In this document: piece by piece, positions 51,402 to 64,000 of the stretch
Position numbering within the stretch: position 1 is the first letter of the stretch
How the letters are laid out: every line of letters starts with the position of its first letter
Assembly (NCBI GenBank): GCA_965235115.1
Contig: OZ249446.1
Span: 2,914,001 to 2,978,000 of the forward strand
From: Laetmonice hystrix
Lineage: Eukaryota
Reading direction: 5' to 3'
Length of the DNA: 64,000 bases
The notes under the pieces: generated by a model
Seen by the model: only the letters and a program-made list of their open reading frames with translations
Told to the model about the DNA's origin: nothing
The model's database searches: none
Program-made: the position numbers and the translations under genes

Positions 51402-51852
51402 CTGATGTAAAGTGTACTTTAGCTTTGGCTTGGAGTGATTGATGACATGTCTGGAGAGATTGGGCCTAGTTGTACCGGTGTCCACACAAGTTGAGAACAA
51501 CTACCTAAGAGTAACGTATTTCACATTCAATGACACTTCGACTTGTATTTTCTCTTGTTTACTCAGAACTTGTCCATCCACTCAGCGTGTTTCCCACTCG
51601 TGAAGAGCATCTTCAAGTTGGTTCTCGCCACCTTGTTTTTCTATTTGAACCATGTGAAAGCAATAAATGGTCTGTTTCTATGGGACTAACACGTTTTATT
51701 GATTAACTTTGTATGGCAGACTCTCGCGATGATGGGACCACGTGACTAATGATGACGTGTATGTGTGGGCGGATACAAATAGAATGCCGTCTTTACTATT
51801 CATTGGTACTTTCGGTCTTGGTACGAGATCAGACTTAGCTTGCTCTCCGCAG

Positions 51853-51912
51853 TACATGATCATAATAGGAGTAATGTTTGTGATGGTTCCTTCAGGTATG
51901 GTTGCAGTACAG
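51853..51912 (+). CDS. Candidate 60-nt internal exon
   Basis: GCTCTCCGCAG acceptor and CAG|GTGAGT donor. Open in two frames (YMIIIGVMFVMVPSGMVAVQ or HDHNRSNVCDGSFRYGCST). Confidence 0.35.
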
Positions 51913-52589
51913 GTGAGTATGTTGGTGTTCCTCTTAAGTTTGTAACTAAAGGTAAAATCGCATCCCAAATTGAGAAACTGTGGATGGATATTACGATTCG
52001 AAATTAAACGTATACCAGCAATACCTACAAGAATATTTATTTATCAATTTATTTTTTTACTTACTTGATTCTTTATTTGTGGTCATAATTACTCCGAGAA
52101 AAGTGATATTTTGGAGCGGATATGGTAGGTAGCCATATCCGACTCTAAATTTACATTTCTAAACTACACCAACAGAAACATGACATTAACAAGAATATTG
52201 ACTGAGTTCGTCAAACATGTTCCAAAGATCTGTTACTCCATTTTTTGAGCTGCGCCTCTGAATACGAAGATCGGATGACCGACATGTTTTAATGGCTTTT
52301 TAGTTCGCTCACCTGGGTGGTCTGCATGACGCAAACAACCACTTCATGGACTCAGCGCATCCTTGGGTCAAGTGAGATGCGGTGAAGGGCCGTTCTTAGT
52401 TAAAAGAAAACATGATGCCATTTGATTGTAGAGTGTAGGCTTCTCCTACATCCCATAATTTACTACGAATTTACGTTCAACGCGTTCTTAGACGTCTGGA
52501 CGAACTGAGGTGAGTCGAGATGTGAATAAGTAGTGGAACCAATTAACGACAGACAATGTGTTGCAATATAAATAACTCGGGAAGGACCA

Positions 52590-53255
52590 CTGCGAGATGG
52601 GACTATATGAGCACCACTGCCAGATCTATATGGGATTATGTGAGCACCACTGCAAGGTCTATATGGGACTATATGAGCACCACTGCCAGATCTATATGGG
52701 ATTATATGAGCACCACTGCCAGATCTATATGGGACTATATGAGCACCACTGCCAGATCTATATGGGACTATATGAGCACCACTGCCAGATCTATATGGGA
52801 CTATATGAGCACCACTGCCAGATCTATATGGGACTATATGAGCACCACTGCCAGATCTATATGGGACTATATGAGCACCACTGCCAGATCTATATGGGAC
52901 TATATAAGCACCACTGAGAGATCTATATGGGACTATATGAGCACCACTGCCAGATCTATATGGGACTATATGAGCACCACTGCAAGGTCTATATGGGACT
53001 ATATGAGCACCACTGCGAGATCTATATGGGACTATATGAGCACCACTGCCAGATCTATATGGGACTATATGAGCACCACTGCCAGATGTATATGGGACTA
53101 TATGATCACCACTGCCAGATCTATATGGGACTATATGATCACCACTGCCAGATCTATATGGGACTATATGATCACCACTGCCAGATCTATATGGGACTAT
53201 ATGAGCACCACTGCCAGATCTATATGGGACTATATGAACACCACTGCCAGATCTG
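52590..53255. repeat. 33-bp minisatellite, ~20 copies
   Basis: Unit GATCTATATGGGACTATATGAGCACCACTGCCA. Unrelated to the 5710 array. Confidence 0.98.
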
Positions 53256-54569
53256 TATATGATCCATCACCGTATTCACACCAAGAAAATGGATGTAGAG
53301 AGATGTACAATTTTGTACTTAAGAAAGAGACTTTCTATGTCCCCTTACTAAAAACATCCCTACATTCATATATATTGATATATTTAGACTATCATTTAGG
53401 AAATATCTAACTACTCTAAATGTTTATTGTTCAATGGGTTTTGACATTTTTACATAATAAACCCTAAGGTGAATAAGTTTGTCTGCTTATTTAATTATTT
53501 GTCTTAGATATATTCAGTGGCTGGTGTCCGTCTAACAGGAATGAATCAAAGATTCATTTCATTATCCGTAGAGGCAGATTCTTTTCTAATCTCGTGCCAA
53601 GGAAAAGGTTAATTGAAGAGACTGGTTTCAGGCCGGAAAGCAGAATGCCAACCCGACAGAATGATGTATTCAGAGGTAAGCAGTGTCTCAATAAAAATGG
53701 TCCCACTTACACAGTACCATAGTCTCCCATCTGATGATGACATCGATAAATTTAGACAATCATTCCGATAAAATTTTGACAATACCATTAATATTAAAAT
53801 ATACGGAGCATGCATCACTGACAACATTGAGTGTTTCATAAATTTCTGTCATCATTTTTTCAAAGAGATTTATCATGTGGAAATGTCGGATATATCCTAA
53901 GATGATAGATGATAGAGAATAGATAGACCCACTGGCACGCGGCAGTGCAGGAGGTGTTTCATAGCCTATGAACCCCCCCCCCCCCCCAATAAAAAATAGC
54001 AACTGAACTTGATGAACGAGGTAAGAGTCCCTAGTAATGTGAACGAAGTGCTATTGGTGCTAAAACAGATCTTAGTCGTGTTAAAGAGCGAGTAAGATTT
54101 TATTAAGGGAACGGGTATCAGGCGTAAACCAGTTCACGTTCAGAATGCATTGAAAGAGAATACTTTATACAGCACTGACATGGAATCGAACACCGGCCTC
54201 AAGATTACTGCACTGATTCTCATAGCATAAGGTATCAACGCTCATGTTAACTCGGCCACCGCTACCTGAACAAAAAAAGGAGGCTTTGGTGGGCAATCGC
54301 CCCTGCCATGACCTGTTAGAGGTATTTCAGCCATATTCAGGTCAACGTTAACCAACTTAATTCAATCAAGAGATCTGTTTTATCCCCGAGTCCCGGGGGA
54401 TTGGGGCAAGAGTTATCCCCAGGCTGTTCGTAACAAGCGACAAATGGGAAGAATAATATCAACGTGCCTCCACCACCTGCCGTTGCAATGGTACTTACTG
54501 TGCCGGAAGTAGATCGGGAAGGTGATCATACCCGGATGTAGCAGATGACCAAGCGACCACTTCCGGTGT

Positions 54570-54662
54570 ATGTCGCTACTGTTTGACGAATCGGAACCAA
54601 AAAGACAAAAAAAAACGGTTGCCGATTTCAGACTACGTGGATCTATGATGCAAGAACAACAG
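54570..54662 (+). CDS. Candidate first coding exon (MSLLFDESEPKRQKKTVADFRLRGSMMQEQQ)
   Basis: ATG lies just downstream of two ETS motifs (54503, 54559). CAG|GTAATT donor. NLS-like PKRQKK. Confidence 0.35.
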
Positions 54663-57600
54663 GTAATTCTTCATATTAGGCATCTAACAGTAAGTCAGCC
54701 CTTTCGTTTGATGAGTGTTCCATGCCTGGCAACCGTAATTGAGTATCAGTTTTCTGGGACTATGCGGCTTGGCGCATATATTTGCTCCTGAGGCAATCTT
54801 GGTGCCATGCAACGCACACAGAGAGTGCAAAGCTAATTGATAAGAACCCCTTTTACAACATCGGGTTTAAGTCTAGACCCTTACAGTATTCTGCTGCGAC
54901 TCTGCACGTTATAAAAAGAAAACCTACACGGGTCTAAAGTTGCTCTAAGCTGTTTTTTTATGGGCTGGTTTTTTTCCTCTACTAGTCAAGATGGCTTGAT
55001 GCAACCCTGGCTGTTGGTTCGACGACACGACAATCGCCTGTACCCACCAAAAGCCAACTCCGTGGTTTAACATCGGCGGCCCACCAATCATCTACATATG
55101 ACAAACGATGGCGAGAGCCTAAGAATTACGTCCCAAACTGTTCGCCAAGGAGCTTGCTGAATAATAGATTCAGCGATAAATCGTCAAATTTGTTCCACGA
55201 CCTACCCAACTTTAATATACATGTATATGTTCAAAAGAATAACCGCCAGAACCATAAAATCATACCTTAGCTCCAATACTCCCGTAACTTTCGAATAGCA
55301 ACAATTCAAACGCGTTCAAAATTACATAAAGCCAATTACAGATCAACCGGGCACTTCACAATAATCACGCATGTATCACGAGCGCAAGTCATCGCTACTG
55401 GAAACCTTGCATTCGATGTATTAAAATTTCAGCTGTATCTTAATATTCTGTACCGGTTTTCCGAAGTACATATTAAATTTAAAAAATATTCTTACACTAC
55501 ATTAGCTGTAGTTAAAAGCAATACACACTGTAGTACAGTTTTTCCGACTAACCAGTAAAAGGGTAAATGGCCCAAGGCGCCAGGCTTTAGATTGGCTTGG
55601 GGTGCCTAGATAATATATCATAGGAGCCTACGAACAAAATAATTAGAAAAAGTAATTAGGTATGTAGTTCGTTTGTTACGAACAACCCGGATGAGTGTCG
55701 GGTTCAGGCATCCATTATGATAGGGACGGGAATAGGATGGTCAGGCCGGCTAAACGGATAGCCGACTGAAAGGATTGAAATCCCAGATGTATACATGATC
55801 GGTATACACAACAAACCCTGAGGGGGATGGGAACGGATGTGGACATCAAGACCATGATCCACCCCCAATCCTGCCCGGTGACCAGTCAGACCAGACTAGC
55901 AAGCTGCGTCGCGAAGGGGGAAAACGTATTATAAACAATTTAACCGCCTACATTTTCCGAGAATAGATTCCTGGACTGGAAAACAAAATTGTGAGATTCT
56001 CGACAAAGATAAGTATTATATTTGAAAATATCGCGTGGTCGACCATGGCCGATGTCATCAAGCTGCACTTTATTGAGGTTTACCGTCGTTGCAGCTCACT
56101 TTGATCACATTCTTCAGATAGGCGCTAGAGGTTAAATTAAGCTGTTAAAGGATTAAAATACATCAAACAAAGGAATAGTGGGAATAGTGGGAGGGGGGAG
56201 TAAAACAAAAAGAGAAGTGGTAATGTCGAAATGCTCAAGCATCACCGTTCTACTTATATTTTATACTGAGCAAATGTCAGGGTTCAGGCATTACTGTCAC
56301 TTTGGTATTGAAAGTCAGATTTGCTGAAGGTTATTTGAAAAGACATTATGTTTGAGTTTTGCCTTAAAGCCATCCACGGTTATCTCTTACTTCGATGATT
56401 CCAAAATGAAGACATGGGATGTTAGGTTACATATGGCCTTAGACTACATAAATCAATAAATCTATACCATAGAAATGAAATCTAATGAAATTCAACATTC
56501 AAATTATTCATTCCTTAATGCACACAGAAGGGAAAGCATTACAAGAAATCGATTTCCTTTCAAATTTGCTTTAGTCCTCTTGCATCCAGGATTTTCTGAA
56601 TACAATTTTTTAGACCTCTAAATGGTATGTTTTCCTATGACACAAAGGCACCATGTGACAAATACGCAACTTGCCAGGAGACAATGTCCCACAGTCGATG
56701 TCGTTTTTAGTTACGCCTCGGCCTCTCCTGGATAGGAGACAGAATTTGCTATGTGACAGCTGGACCTGTTATTTACAAGAAAAAGCACATTCGATGGTCA
56801 GTAACCGCACCTCTCCAGATGTTCACAGATAATTGGGACAATCCGAGAGAGAGAAAAACTTGACTGCTTAACATCAGAATATGCAACTGTTTCCTCCTAC
56901 TGTGCAGTCTTGCCGCAGCACAAAAGAGTCGTTTTGGGTTGCAAATTGCTCTGGGGTTCCTCTCACTAAGACAGTACGACATCGTATATGGCCTTATGGC
57001 TCGTAAACAAGAAAGAAATGATATACAAATGTTTATTAGTGAAACGTTCTTACTGGACTCACTGAGATGGTTGACTCAAGTGTTTCCACGGCCCAACTCT
57101 TCTGACATCAATGCCGGCGTGACTTGAGCGCAGATCCAGAAAAAGTAGCGATGTAATTCCGCTTTGAACAGAGATTATAGAGTCCCTGGTCCTTTACAAG
57201 CCCACCGCACCAATTTATGACCAGTTTACTAAACAGGTCCGTTCTTTTTGGAGTAAAGATGACGAACGAGCGGTGCAAGAGGTTTATTGTTCACCTCCTG
57301 CAATCTTGTAAATGTAGGAAATATTAATGGAAAGCTTGATAAATTTCCAGAATGAAAATCCTTTGGATGGCCATGGGGACTGGCACCATATTCATGCCGG
57401 CCAATGACTTTTCCTTGCCTGACTCCAAAAGGGTTAAATATCATCGGAAGTTTCCTTTATTATCGCCCTAAATATGAAGAAAAACTGCGACCAGGGCGTA
57501 TAAACACAACTCATCATCACTGTAGCTTTTAATTTTATTATAATTTGCGGCAGACCGTCCTAGAGGTAACTTGATACAGGCCACTTCAACAGTGGAATAA

Positions 57601-60600
57601 CTACATAGTCACAGAATGAGTCGAAGTTTGCAAAATTCCCTTTGTTAAACTCAAAGGCATGCTATTTTCAAAAGACACGTTTCCGAACAAACGACAATGT
57701 CACATTCACGATTACGCTGCCGCGTGTTTTTAATATAATAAATAGAAACATTGATTTGACAGAACCTAAATACCGAAGGGTTTTGCGGGCCTATCCGATT
57801 TCTTTTTTCACCAGCTTTCACAGCGATGGCACAGATGACATGTCAGATTACCACGGGTCTACATTTAGCCCCCTGGAGAGCCCGCAAACCTGACCGGAAA
57901 TACAAGGCCTCCAGTGGCCAGCTATACCATTAATCATCCTTCACCAACTTCTCCACGCCTGTCATCGGCTTACGCACATATCTATAGCTGCCTTCAACTG
58001 CTAGTTCATTTCCAGCAATCGTTATTAACAGCAATACTTCTAAATACCGCGTAGATCTAAAATTTAATTATGCTAAGGGTTTATACAGGGGTTTAAAGAA
58101 GCTAGATTTTCCATACATTAGTTTAATGAATCTAGACATAAAATTTCACATTAAAATGTCACTTTTTAAAAATATTTTACATGTTTTATTCAGAAAAGAA
58201 AAACAATGAAAAAGGTGAATGCGAAGGGAGAGGACGGCTAGGTTGTAGATGTCATTACGACCGCCCTGGTATCAAACGACGCCTCAATAACGCATGCGCT
58301 GATGATGGCAACATTATGCAACTGTACGCTACTCGAGTAAATATCCTTTGGTCAAGTTACGCGATCTACTTCATCAAGGTCCATGATTGATTGTAGGGGT
58401 ATCTCAGGCTGTAGTTAGTTTACTCGGGTTCCATGTTCGATAGCGAGGACACGCCCCGTCCTCCACTTAATTCACCTGAACATGTTACTTAAGATCCCTA
58501 CCATTTTTTCAGCCGCTAGTAGTTTCTCCTTATCTCGTTGGGAAAACACAGGACGGCACTTCATTGTCTGAACACCAGACACTGGCAGCGTGCAGTGATC
58601 AAGAACTAGACTCTATCCCTGTCTTCCTACACCACCATCAGTATCGTAACACACCGCCATATCCGTAAGATGGATGCTATGTTTGTATGGGGCATTGAAT
58701 TCTTCACCTTATGTTATTTAGCCCGACATCTGCAGCTTTGAACGTCGTCTTCTAAAGAGACGCTTTGACAGAGAGAGGTATTGAACCGCATATATTGCTT
58801 CATTTGTGACAAGGGATTAGTTCCAGTGGTGTCATTCAGAAATAGATATGTTAAAAGTAGATCCTTACAACTGTTTCTGGTGTTCTCAGGGATGTTTAAT
58901 CGTCACCATTTAAAAAATCGTTTTGAGAGATTAATTTTCAGGTCTTCCCGTAGTGCGCAGCCTATCACGTCGCAATCACAATAAATTCCCTTTCAGCTAG
59001 TTTACCAATGTCAGCACAGACAAATACCAGTACAACTCGCCCAAACACATTCCTGCCTGGACTCCAACCGTCTTATTGCCAAGAAGTTGCGTCTAGTTCG
59101 GGAGACAAAGTGACTTATCCACAGGGACTGTAAGAAAACCGAGGAGGCTGGCGGACGTGCTTGCCCGTCGGCTGGACACAGAATGCGAGGAGATAAGGCA
59201 ATCAGTGGAACAGATAGATCGCATTAGTAAACTTGAACCGATAGTTGTGATAGGTCTTGTGTCTGATAGAAAGAGTGAAGTTTGGCCGTCCGACTAAAAT
59301 CCTTCAGCACCTGTCCGTGGGATCGGCAGGAAACAAGGTGGAAGGTTGGGACTGAATACACAACCATTTACTATCCAATTATTGGTTGAGACTCGGTGCT
59401 GGACTGGGTGGTTGGTTGTACGGCACGTCACCATCGTCTTATACCACACATAACAGAGAGGGGTTCAGTTTCTTGGCGATGAGGACGGATTAAGAAGGAA
59501 ACCCAGTTATAGTCGACAATAAATCAACTCTTCTCCATCTTGATACCTCTCTGTGGATTAGGGACAGGACCTCGAACCCTTTCACACCGTTACAGACCAC
59601 ACAAAAAGCCGTAAATTGGACCCTTAATGCCTTTCCCCGGGGAGGGCGTGCTTTTATCCCCGGAACATTAATATTCAAACTTGAACTGCACGCCGGGACA
59701 AAACGGCCGGTACAGACACCGCTACGGGCACTGTCAAATGGATGTCTGTATGATTGTGATTCATCTTATTAAAATCATTTAACTTTCTAGTTAAATAGAG
59801 GAAATTCACTCAAAGTTCTGTCAGCGCTGTGAGACGTCATCAAATTTAGGGAGAAACCACATGGCCTTTCCGGGCAATGTTGTATTCTTTGGGTCTGTTG
59901 GAAGAATTGAGTTATTCAAGGCTCAAATCATAGCTTACATTATAGTCATATTTTGTGAAATGCCAAAATAAATAGAAGACGTAATTTATATATCACCGCC
60001 CCTCCTCCCGACAATTTCTATCGGTTCGCATTCAGCCACTACCTAGATAATGCGAGATGAATGGTATCCTTACATATACACGCCAGATTTTATCTGAAAA
60101 CCTATTTATACTGACAGGGTTTCAAAGAAATCGGGACCGGAAGCCTACCTATGATTGCCATGACCAAACAAGATTTAGACGTACTCAACTTGAATATCAG
60201 TAAAATACCTCCGAATATCCGCGCGAGAGATTAATGTATCAACGAAATAAAATTATTATGGTAAGCACTTTACGGCTCAAGTCATCACACATAATACCAC
60301 CCACTGACATGATTAGAAATTAGGCTAAATTATTAACTTTATGAGGACGATTTCGGTAATCGATTATTTGGGCCCACTTAGATGTGGGTCATTACTAGAA
60401 AACGTTCAGTCATTTAAGGCAACCGGAAGTGAATCATAGGATCGGTCAAATCAGGTCAATGGCAGTGTCTTTGAAACGTCATGACCCGATCTGGGAAACG
60501 GCTGATGCCAACAGCTATCATCACACTAGGAAGGCAACCACTGCCTGGGACCATTCACATTGATTGACTGCCATAGCAATACTGCTGACGTGGCCGCTGT

Positions 60601-62106
60601 GGTCACTCAACCAAGGTACGACCATACCTGGGACAATGGAAAAAAAATCATTTGATTGCCAAGCTGTATTCCCTCTAGCAACGTTAACTGATTTTGTAAT
60701 TACCGTCGATGCCAGGTTCGGAGAATTTGGTTTTATTTTGGTGTGTTTAATTGATTTCGATAGATTGATGTTTCATTATCACGAAATATCTGGAACTGGA
60801 GTGAATAATAATCGGCCAGAACGACTCTATTCCTCACTTGGATATTATATAGTTACATAGTTCGATCACCTCTGCCCTCATTGTCCTGCAGCACAGGTAG
60901 CCAAGGTACAGGTAGGCTATCTGCATCTCTACATCAGGCCAAATAGGCTGGCCCATGAATGACAACCGACGTCACATACAGCGATAATCTGACATTTCCA
61001 GACCATACCTGTCCATTTTCTAGGTGTCACAGTTGCCTAGGTCCTCGATCCGTTTCCATGACTCATAGCTCATTATGAGGAAACCCCCAATCGATTCCTA
61101 GTGTTACATTAAAAATTAAATCTAAACAGGAAAACTTCTCTAGGTTATTGTTCTCTAAATATTCACAGGAAAGAAATCAGTAGTAAAAAGCACCGGATGT
61201 GTGAAATTCCGCGACATTCCGATGTTCTGTCGTGAAATTCACTCTAAAATCAATAAATTATCTGATTTATTCTCCAAGTAATAAAACCAGCAGATGGTGA
61301 ATATTCCAGTGTCATTTATTTTCCAAAAATAATCAAATTGATATCTGAGCGATTCGCTTTTATGGCCTTTTCTGCGTGGTGTTCAATAATGAAAACGATT
61401 AATTTTTCATCTCAAGCAATCGGCTGACTTGCCTCTGCATATTTTCAGTTTCAGGTTGTTTTTACTGCTTATTAAATTTTCAATATATCTTTGGCGATAA
61501 TTGTTTCTCTCCGAATTGAACGATACGATTGTTGGGCATTCTCAACCTAGCTCTACACATCACCTTTGTCCGAGCATACACACCGCTACCGATCCCACCC
61601 GACTCAACGGTTTTTATGCTAATCGAGTCAGTTGTAAGGAATAGGCTAGAATCGGTCCATCCGAGGCGCTACATGTGTAACTTGTTGAGTTAGGTAAGAA
61701 GTAAGCGTAATAACATATAATAATTCAGTCACAACTGAAAAAGTAATATATCCCTGATACGTCACTTCGTGAAATCAGGGACGACGTATCCTCAATGTTA
61801 TTTGTTGGCGGATGTGTTGTTGTGATCCATCGCTGTTGACGGGTATGTTTAAAGGCAAAGGCTTGTCGTAAATCACATTTGGACTGTCGCAAGCCCTCCA
61901 TGTATACTCACCTTTCAGAGTAGTGGTTGGAAATAAATCCCCCCCCCCACACACACACACACACCAACACATTCCAAGAAGTCATATGTCGGACATGGCA
62001 ATTGTGCAAAATCACCGGCTTCAGCAGCGCAGCCATTGTCCGAAAGTCCGTTGACGTCACACTGCCATATTTACGCATGAGCATGCGACTGTCTGCCATC
62101 AAACGA

Positions 62107-62466
62107 ATCAATCGAGGGACAGTCAAGGCGGGGGTTGTCGGTAGGCTTAGAGCCAGTAGCTAGGAGAATATTGCCGACAATGAAGGTGTTAATGACCTTG
62201 ATGGAGGTCATGGAGGTCATGAAAGTGATCTGAAAGTCTATCGGCCTTACATAGATCCGTTTGTGGAATACAGAAATATTATTCAAACATCAATCGAGGG
62301 ACAGTCAAGGCGGGGGTTGTCGGTAGGCTTAGAGCCAGTAGCTAGGAGAATATTGCCGACAATGAAGGTGTTAATGACCTTGATGGAGGTCATGGAGGTC
62401 ATGAAAGTGATCTGAAAGTCTATCGGCCTTACATAGATCCGTTTGTGGAATACAGAAATATTATTC
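62107..62466. repeat. Tandem duplication of 178 bp (62107-62284 and 62289-62466)
   Basis: The two copies look identical by eye and are separated by AAAC. Confidence 0.95.
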
Positions 62467-63921
62467 GTATCAAGATATCGGCTGGAGGAACTAGCCCAAC
62501 GTTATGGCAGGCCGCCTTTTACAACACAAGGCACTCCGTGGAGGTCTGACTGGAGGCGCTATAAAAAGTATATAAATAATAATGAATGATTAGCATATAA
62601 TATTGTTATTAAAATTATGTTTAGGTGTGTTCTGTGTCAACGAATCTCTCAACATAAACCGGATAATACGGACCCCAAATTGTGATTATATGCTACACGA
62701 ACGGCGGCAATTATTTTGTGCATTTTACATGTTAATCCAGAATAATATATAATATATGACATAAATTATTTCTCATTATTCACAGATGTCTTGATGGCAG
62801 TGGGGGTGCCATACAGAGTGACCCGGGAACATCTGTAGGATAGTACTGACAATCTCATGTCTTTACAATATTGCAATTAATCGCGGGATACCAATCATTG
62901 ACGATTACATGCCTCCTCCTCTCTACCTAGCCGTCATGTAGCAGAGGCTCATCAAGGGGACGGGGACAGGCAATGAATCATCGCGGGTTTCATGCCAGAG
63001 AAACTGTCATTCAAACATCAAACATCAAACGTATTTTCTTGCATTGTGGGGGGGGGGGGCTGAGGCCAGAAGGGCCATGCGGTGACGGCACCGAAGGGGG
63101 TGGGGTGGTTTAATTAGACTATATTATTGCCCCCCAACATAAAGTTGGGGGCAATGGCCCCTTCCCTCCCCCCCCCCCCCGTTCCCACGCCTATGAGGGA
63201 CACAACGGAGGTGTGCTCCTGTGTTTGTGAATCCTCTTCCACCGAAACTTGGCCCGTAAGCGTTGGCTCTACAAAATAACAGTAATAAAGATATAATTAT
63301 AACACCCATTCCTAGGTGAATATTGGGAGCGCATGACTAAAAACTGACGACAATATGTATTATTCTGGAAATATAGAAGGCTCCTGTCCATGCACGTCCG
63401 CGTCCTCTGCACGTTTGTCCTCTCTTGCCTTTAGTGCAAATTTGTGGGTGACAATAGGGGGTTATCGTGTAATAAGTATATATCTAGGCCTATTTGGTCA
63501 CTGTTTCAATAACACCAGATTGGTATATGTCTTGAGTTTACGAAATGTACGAGCGTGCATTACCAAGCATTACATTTTTGGGGATGGTTGGGGCCTACTT
63601 GAGCTGACAATCTTCTAATAAATCTTGTAGTATGCAAACGAACCACAAGGTGGTGATTAGTAGCGCAGCCCTGGCGTGATCTCTAAATTTAATATTATTC
63701 GCAAGCGGCTTTTTCAGCGTTGAATAACGAATGCGTATAGGGGGGGGGTAAGCCTGACCCCCCCCCCCCCCACCCGCACACCCACACACCCCTGGGGTAT
63801 ATATACAACAACCTTTCCTGGACCAATAACGGGGAAGACAAACAATATCCCTCTTCACGAATTGAAAGAAGATTCGTTGAGAACTTATATTTGGGTGAGA
63901 CTGATATGTTGATGCTCAGAA

Positions 63922-64000
63922 CACTACTTGTCATGTAGTGGACACTACTTGTCATGTAGTGGACACTACTTGGCATGTAGTGGACACTACTTGTCATGTA
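63922..64000. repeat. 21-bp minisatellite running off the window end
   Basis: Unit ACACTACTTGTCATGTAGTGG, at least ~3.8 copies. Each unit contains an ACTAC/GTAGT inverted pair. Confidence 0.95.

Noticed and set aside
52556-53410. 284-aa ORF (STTARSIWDYM)n and overlapping His/Cys-rich ORFs
   Set aside because: They lie within a 33-bp minisatellite, so they are repeat artefacts.
1-64000. tRNA, rRNA or telomeric repeats
   Set aside because: No intact cloverleaf or B-box, rRNA signature, or (TTAGGG)n tract was seen by eye. tRNAscan-SE would be decisive.

Overview
Eukaryotic, repeat-rich, largely non-coding DNA with three N-gaps (32175-32349, 41792-42097, 46819-47230). The V- and Meta-like SINE domains and HINE-like ends suggest a marine invertebrate; this is inference. 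No prokaryotic operon, CRISPR array, rRNA or tRNA gene is visible, and no host gene can be named. The best-supported structure is a young 1.32-kb non-autonomous element (16912-18231) with TGT...ACA termini, long foldback-like TIRs, a 5-bp AGGCC TSD and composite internal cargo; a second, ~99% identical copy occupies 1-690. Also supported: a 598-bp Harbinger-type element with a TTA TSD, small CAG...CTG MITEs with apparent 5-bp TSDs, a 222-bp MITE, an RTE-like LINE fragment, SINE remnants, seven unrelated minisatellite arrays and a 178-bp tandem duplication. Several splice-site-bounded open frames are candidate exons of unidentified genes and are low confidence. All long ORFs in the track (>250 aa) are artefacts of tandem repeats. 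I found no convincing novel multi-gene system; the most interesting signals concern transposon architecture and minisatellite origin.
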